Shown here: one piece after another, positions 59,815 to 64,000 of the stretch
Position numbering within the stretch: the stretch's first letter is position 1
How the letters are laid out: the number at the start of each line of letters is the position of its first letter
Assembly (NCBI RefSeq): GCF_006345805.1
Contig: NC_042997.1
Span: 165,540,001 to 165,604,000 of the forward strand
DNA length: 64,000 nucleotides
Source: Octopus sinensis
Lineage: Eukaryota
Direction of reading: 5' to 3'
Made by a program: the position numbers and the translations under genes
The notes under the pieces: model-generated
Database searches by the model: none
The model's input: the letters and a program-made list of their open reading frames with translations, nothing else
Told to the model about the DNA's origin: nothing

Positions 59815-60150
59815 GTATATGGTAAATGAAAGCCAGAAGATGGAATATATGAGAACTTTTATTAATGACTACAATTCTTTCAACACATCTAGTATCCATC
59901 CCTCTTAACAACTGGTTCAAGAGCATCCAGTAGTGCAGATGTGTCTCATCAGGTGATAAATAGATACAACTCATTAAAATAACAGTTCTGCTATATATTT
60001 TCTCATTTCATAGGGAGAAAGCACCAAAATGAAGGAAATATACAAATAAATAGTGTCCCACCTGTGAGGGATTGATGCTAGATGTGTTGAAACAATTGTC
60101 GTGATTAATAAAAGTTTTTTTTATATTCCATCTTTTATTTACCATGTATA
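59815..60150. repeat. Diverged inverted pair (about 85 bp arms) of a Penelope-terminal-like repeat
   Basis: ggtaaat..aagatggaatat..cttttattaat..acaatt.tttcaacacatctag.atc.atccctc on + (59815-59905) and - (60064-60150). Confidence 0.7.
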
Positions 60151-60152
60151 TG

Positions 60153-60183
<31 letters not shown>

Positions 60184-60270
60184 CAATAATACAGTGATTG
60201 TTTCTTATCAGGAACAAAATGTTTAATAGGACTGCTATAGAAGTGCTCAATTGAATGAGGCAAATATATC

Positions 60271-60782
60271 AAACTAAGGTTACAGAACAAACAAATGCAA
60301 GGTCATCCACATAACATTTCATATCTCGAACATTTAATCATAGAATATACATTTATGACATCACGGAAGATGAAACATAACTCATCTGTACAAGCATATA
60401 AGAAAGTGCGAGAAAAATGTGTGAATACAGCTCATCACGGTTAATGTTAATACTTTAGCGATTAAGAAATATATATTTTTTAAAAAACATTACAACACCT
60501 AGAAAATAAATACGTAAAAATATAGTATAAAGTAATATATAAATATTTAGGTATATAAAAATATATATATATATATATTAACATTATATATATATTAAAG
60601 TATTAACATTAACCGTGATGAGCTGTTTTCACACATTTTTCTCGCACTTTCTTATATGCTTGTACAGATGAGTTATGTTTCATCTTTCGTGATGTCATAA
60701 ATGTATATTCTATGATTAAATGTTCGAGATATGAAATGTTATGTGGATGACCTTGCATTTGTTTGTTCTGTAACCTTAGTTT
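60271..60782. repeat. 187-bp near-perfect inverted repeat (60271-60457 / 60596-60782) with a 138-bp AT-rich spacer
   Basis: Arms are reverse complements without indels; 2 mismatches seen (cggaag/ctttcg and gaatac/gttttc). Confidence 0.95.
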
Positions 60783-60788
60783 TGTATA

Positions 60789-62222
60789 GGAGAAGTTCCA
60801 GGTGTGGAAGGAGGGTTTAGAATCGAGGGGCCTTAGAGTCAACCTAGCTAAAACCAAAGTACTAATAAGTAGAAAGGTAGACAATCCACAAATGTCTTCA
60901 GGAAGATGGCCCTACTCGATCTGTAGAAAAGGTGTACTCTATAAGATGTACCCAGTGTAAGCTATGGACACATAAGAGGTGCAGCAATGTCAAAGGTAGG
61001 CTAACTGGGAAGATAGTTTTCGTATGTGGCAGATGCTCGGGTGCATTGACCTCCGAAAATCTGCAGAAAACAACTTCCGTCACTTTCCAGGGGGAAAAAC
61101 TAGAAGTAGTTGATAGCTTCCGTTATCTAGGTGACCAAGTCAGTAGTGGGAGTGGGTGCGCTGAAAGTGTAACTGCTAGAATAAGAATAGCCTGGGCAAA
61201 GTTTAGGGAGCTCTTACCTCTGCTGGTGACTAAAGGCCTCTCGCTCAGAGTAAAAGGCAGACTGTATGATGCATGTGTACGAACTGCCATGCTACATGGC
61301 AGTGAAACATGGGCCGTGACTGCTGAGGACATGCGTAAGCTCGTGAGGAATGAAGCCAGTATGCTCCGATGGATGTGTAATGTCAGTGTACTTACTCGAC
61401 AGAGCGTTAGTACCTTGAGAGAAATGTTGTACCTAAGAAGCATCAGTTGTGGTGTGCAAGAGAGACGATTGCACTGGTATGGTCATGTGACGAGAATGGA
61501 TAAAGATAGGTGTGTGAGAAAGTGCCAATCCCTAGCAGTTAAGGGAACCCGTGGAAGAGGTAGACCCAGGAAAACCTGGGACGAGGTGGTGAAGCACGAC
61601 CTTCGAACGTTAGGTCACACCATGGAAATGACTAGAGACCGAGACCTATGGAAGTATGCTGTGCGTGAGAAGACCCGGCAAGACTAGTGAAGCCATAACC
61701 CGTGGCCCCTACCTGGGGCGTAGTCAGTCCACCTGTGCATACCTTCCTTCCTGTGACACTTGTGAAGACCTGTTGAGGCAAGTGAAAATCAAATCAAACC
61801 AAATCAAAATAGATGAACATCAATGGAATTTGTATCTTTGTGGTATCAGTGCTGGTGGCACATAAGAAAACCATCCGAACGTGGCCGTAGCCAGTACCAC
61901 ATCGACTGGCCTCCGTGCTGTGGGCACGTAACAAACACCATCCGATCGTGGCCGTTCGCCAGCCTCGTCTGGCACCTGTGTCAGTGGCACATAAAAAACA
62001 CCACCCGAGCGTGCCTGTCTTCCAGCCTCGTCTGGCACCTGTGTCGGTGGCACATAAAATCACCCACTACACTCTCGGAGTGGTTGGCGTTAGGAAGGGC
62101 ATCCAGCTGTAGAAACACTGCCAGATCTGACTGGCCTGGTGCAGCCTTCAGGCTCACCAGACCCCAGTTGGACCGTCCAACCCATGCTAGCATGGAAAGC
62201 GGACGTTAAACGATGATGATGA

Positions 62223-62226
<4 letters not shown>
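60789..62226 (+). mobile_element. Young 5'-truncated RTE-clade LINE (ORF2 C-terminal part open over 251 aa), 3' UTR and (GAT)n tail
   Basis: ORF 60932-61687: CTQCKLWTHKRCS, DSFRYLGD, GRLYDACVRTAMLHGSETW, GRGRPRKTW; tail inserted beside (AT)n. Confidence 0.95.
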
Positions 62227-62261
<35 letters not shown>

Positions 62262-63826
62262 GAAATGAGGTACTCAGAAAATCAGATGGTTTATATTTAC
62301 AGATATTTATTTGTATATTACATTTTTTTATACATCATATAACTTAGATCATGTATTAGCGCTTTCTCCCATTCTAGTGGGGTTTTCAAATCAAACTAAG
62401 TTCCTGTGTGAAAAGTTTTGACCATTTTATAGTGGTATTGAGTTTGTAGTGGTGGGGAGGAATATAAGACAGTAAGTACAAGAGGGTGATGGATAAGGAG
62501 AAAGTGAGAGAGAGAGCATGTGTGTGTGTGTGTGTGTGTGGTTTTGTATTTGGAATGAGTACTAAAGAAAAAGAGGGGAAGGGAGAGGGAAGAAGAAGAA
62601 AATAATTTTATTTGCTCTGCTGGACAGCATGCTTACTCCAAGGGGGGGGTCTAAGATCTTGGGGAAAAAGAATTTCAGTTTTGACCATTTCATAATGTTA
62701 TTGAGTGTGTGGTGGCGGGGGGGTAGACCATAAATTATATTTCTTTTTATCATTGTGAGAGAAAGTGTGTGTGTTTAATGAGGGATGGTCAAATGGTTTT
62801 TTTGGGTTTAGAGAAGAATTCTTTTTATGATTGTTTGGTGGAGGTATGTGTGAGTAAAATCCAAAAGTCCAACAGAGTTTAATATGAGTCCATCCAAATG
62901 TGAAGTTTATAAGCAATGTAAGATTCTCTTAAAGTTGGTCATTCCTGGTAGGGAATTTATATAGAATGTAGCAGATTCAAGGTTTGTGTTTAAACTGACC
63001 TAGAAATAGGGAGTGTATTAGTTTGGTCAATTGAAAACAGGAAGAGAGGAATGACAAAGAAAAAAAAAAGAGATGAAAGGAGGAGAGAAAGAAAGAATTA
63101 AAGAGAAAGAAGAAGATTAGTAAAAACAAAAATAATCAATTCCCTGAAGGTATGAATAAAGAGAATAAGGAAAATAAAAATAAAAAAACTATTTTATTTA
63201 GCTTAAAATCTTTAATTTGTTACCCCCCAAATATTTTTTTTATATCACAATCAATTAAAAATGTATGATTAAAAATTAAAATCTAAAATTGAAGATTATT
63301 TCCCAAACTCCATTTATGAATATTATGCTTTTTTGTTTATATATTGCAAGAAATATTCCATATTTTCTGGAAACTTTTCAAAAATCAGACCACTCAGGTA
63401 AAAGACCAAATTAAGTCCAAGTTTAGAACCAGAATTTAAAATTAAGCATTCACTTTCCATTTAAAATACACCAAATTATTGTTTGTTTCCCCCTTTTCAG
63501 TAATTTAACACATTTCCTTTGATTTTTCCCAAACCTCAGAAATAAACTCAGGCATATTTTTGCTCCAATGAAATACATATATACAAATTTATAAATTTCT
63601 CTGGTATCATCTTTGTTAAAAAGTTGAAATTCTGTTAAGGACAACTTAGGTCAATAAATAACATGCCAGTCCAATCCTTCTTGCCAAAATTATGGCCTTG
63701 TACCACCAGTAGAAATTATTGCTGTCATTTAAAATAAATTTATTCTCTCATGTAAAGTTTTTCACAAAATAATATTTATTTAAATTTTGTTGCAGAACAA
63801 CCACAATGAGATTCTTTGTCTGAAGT

Positions 63827-64000
63827 ATGCCAAGCTCCACTTTCCCTTTGAAGTTCTCTCCAACTTTGGTAAAAATGCATTATTCCAACTCAAGCAGTGA
63901 TCCACAAAGAATACTTTCTGCTATTTCTAGTGGTCCGTTTGAGTGCCATTGGGCTGAGTGTGACAAAAAATTTGTTTTCTTGGATAAACTAGTCCATCAT
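63827..64000 (+). CDS. C2H2 zinc-finger protein, N-terminal part (3'-incomplete): MPSSTFPLKF...GPFECHWAECDKKFVFLDKLVHH
   Basis: Canonical F-x-C-x4-C-x3-F-x5-L-x2-H spacing; acceptor ttttgttgcAG at 63795; an in-frame TGA at 63821 precedes the ATG at 63827. Missed by the ORF track because it runs off the window. Confidence 0.75.
   Translation, partial: MPSSTFPLKFSPTLVKMHYSNSSSDPQRILSAISSGPFECHWAECDKKFVFLDKLVHH

Noticed and set aside
61850-62070. CRISPR-like repeat-spacer array
   Set aside because: Eukaryotic context; spacers are mutually similar, the array lies in a LINE 3' UTR, and there are no cas genes.

Overview
Eukaryotic, AT-rich, repeat-dense genomic DNA, most likely an octopod cephalopod (Octopus). 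That assignment is an inference from the tRNA-SINE and RTE-LINE families and the long introns; no search was run. The left two-thirds (<2-40625, + strand) hold one intron-rich gene, a DNTTIP1/TDIF1/SAEG-2 orthologue (scaffold of the MiDAC HDAC1/2 complex). I reconstructed 13 phase-consistent GT-AG coding exons giving at least 1190 aa. The conserved dimerisation and SKI/SNO/DAC-like regions are flanked by an N-terminal low-complexity exon of at least 759 aa and a C-terminal tail of about 125 aa, and there is an additional 82-nt stop-containing exon candidate. At the right edge a second + strand gene begins (C2H2 zinc-finger ORF from 63827, cut by the window end); its putative CpG-rich promoter and first exon lie near 53.4-53.8 kb. 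The rest is transposon debris: RTE-clade LINEs and their (GAT)n-tailed 3' ends, CR1, Penelope-like and L1/Tx1-like fragments, a maT/Tc1-like and a mariner element, Helentron-type and piggyBac-like non-autonomous elements, three tRNA-derived SINE families and microsatellites. Most notable non-standard items: an intronic sense-strand minimal hammerhead ribozyme motif, a LINE tail encoding three C2H2 fingers, a near-perfect 187-bp inverted duplication fused to the 5' end of a young RTE, and a duplicated Helentron-CR1 chimera. Repeat boundaries are approximate and family names come from motif recognition only.
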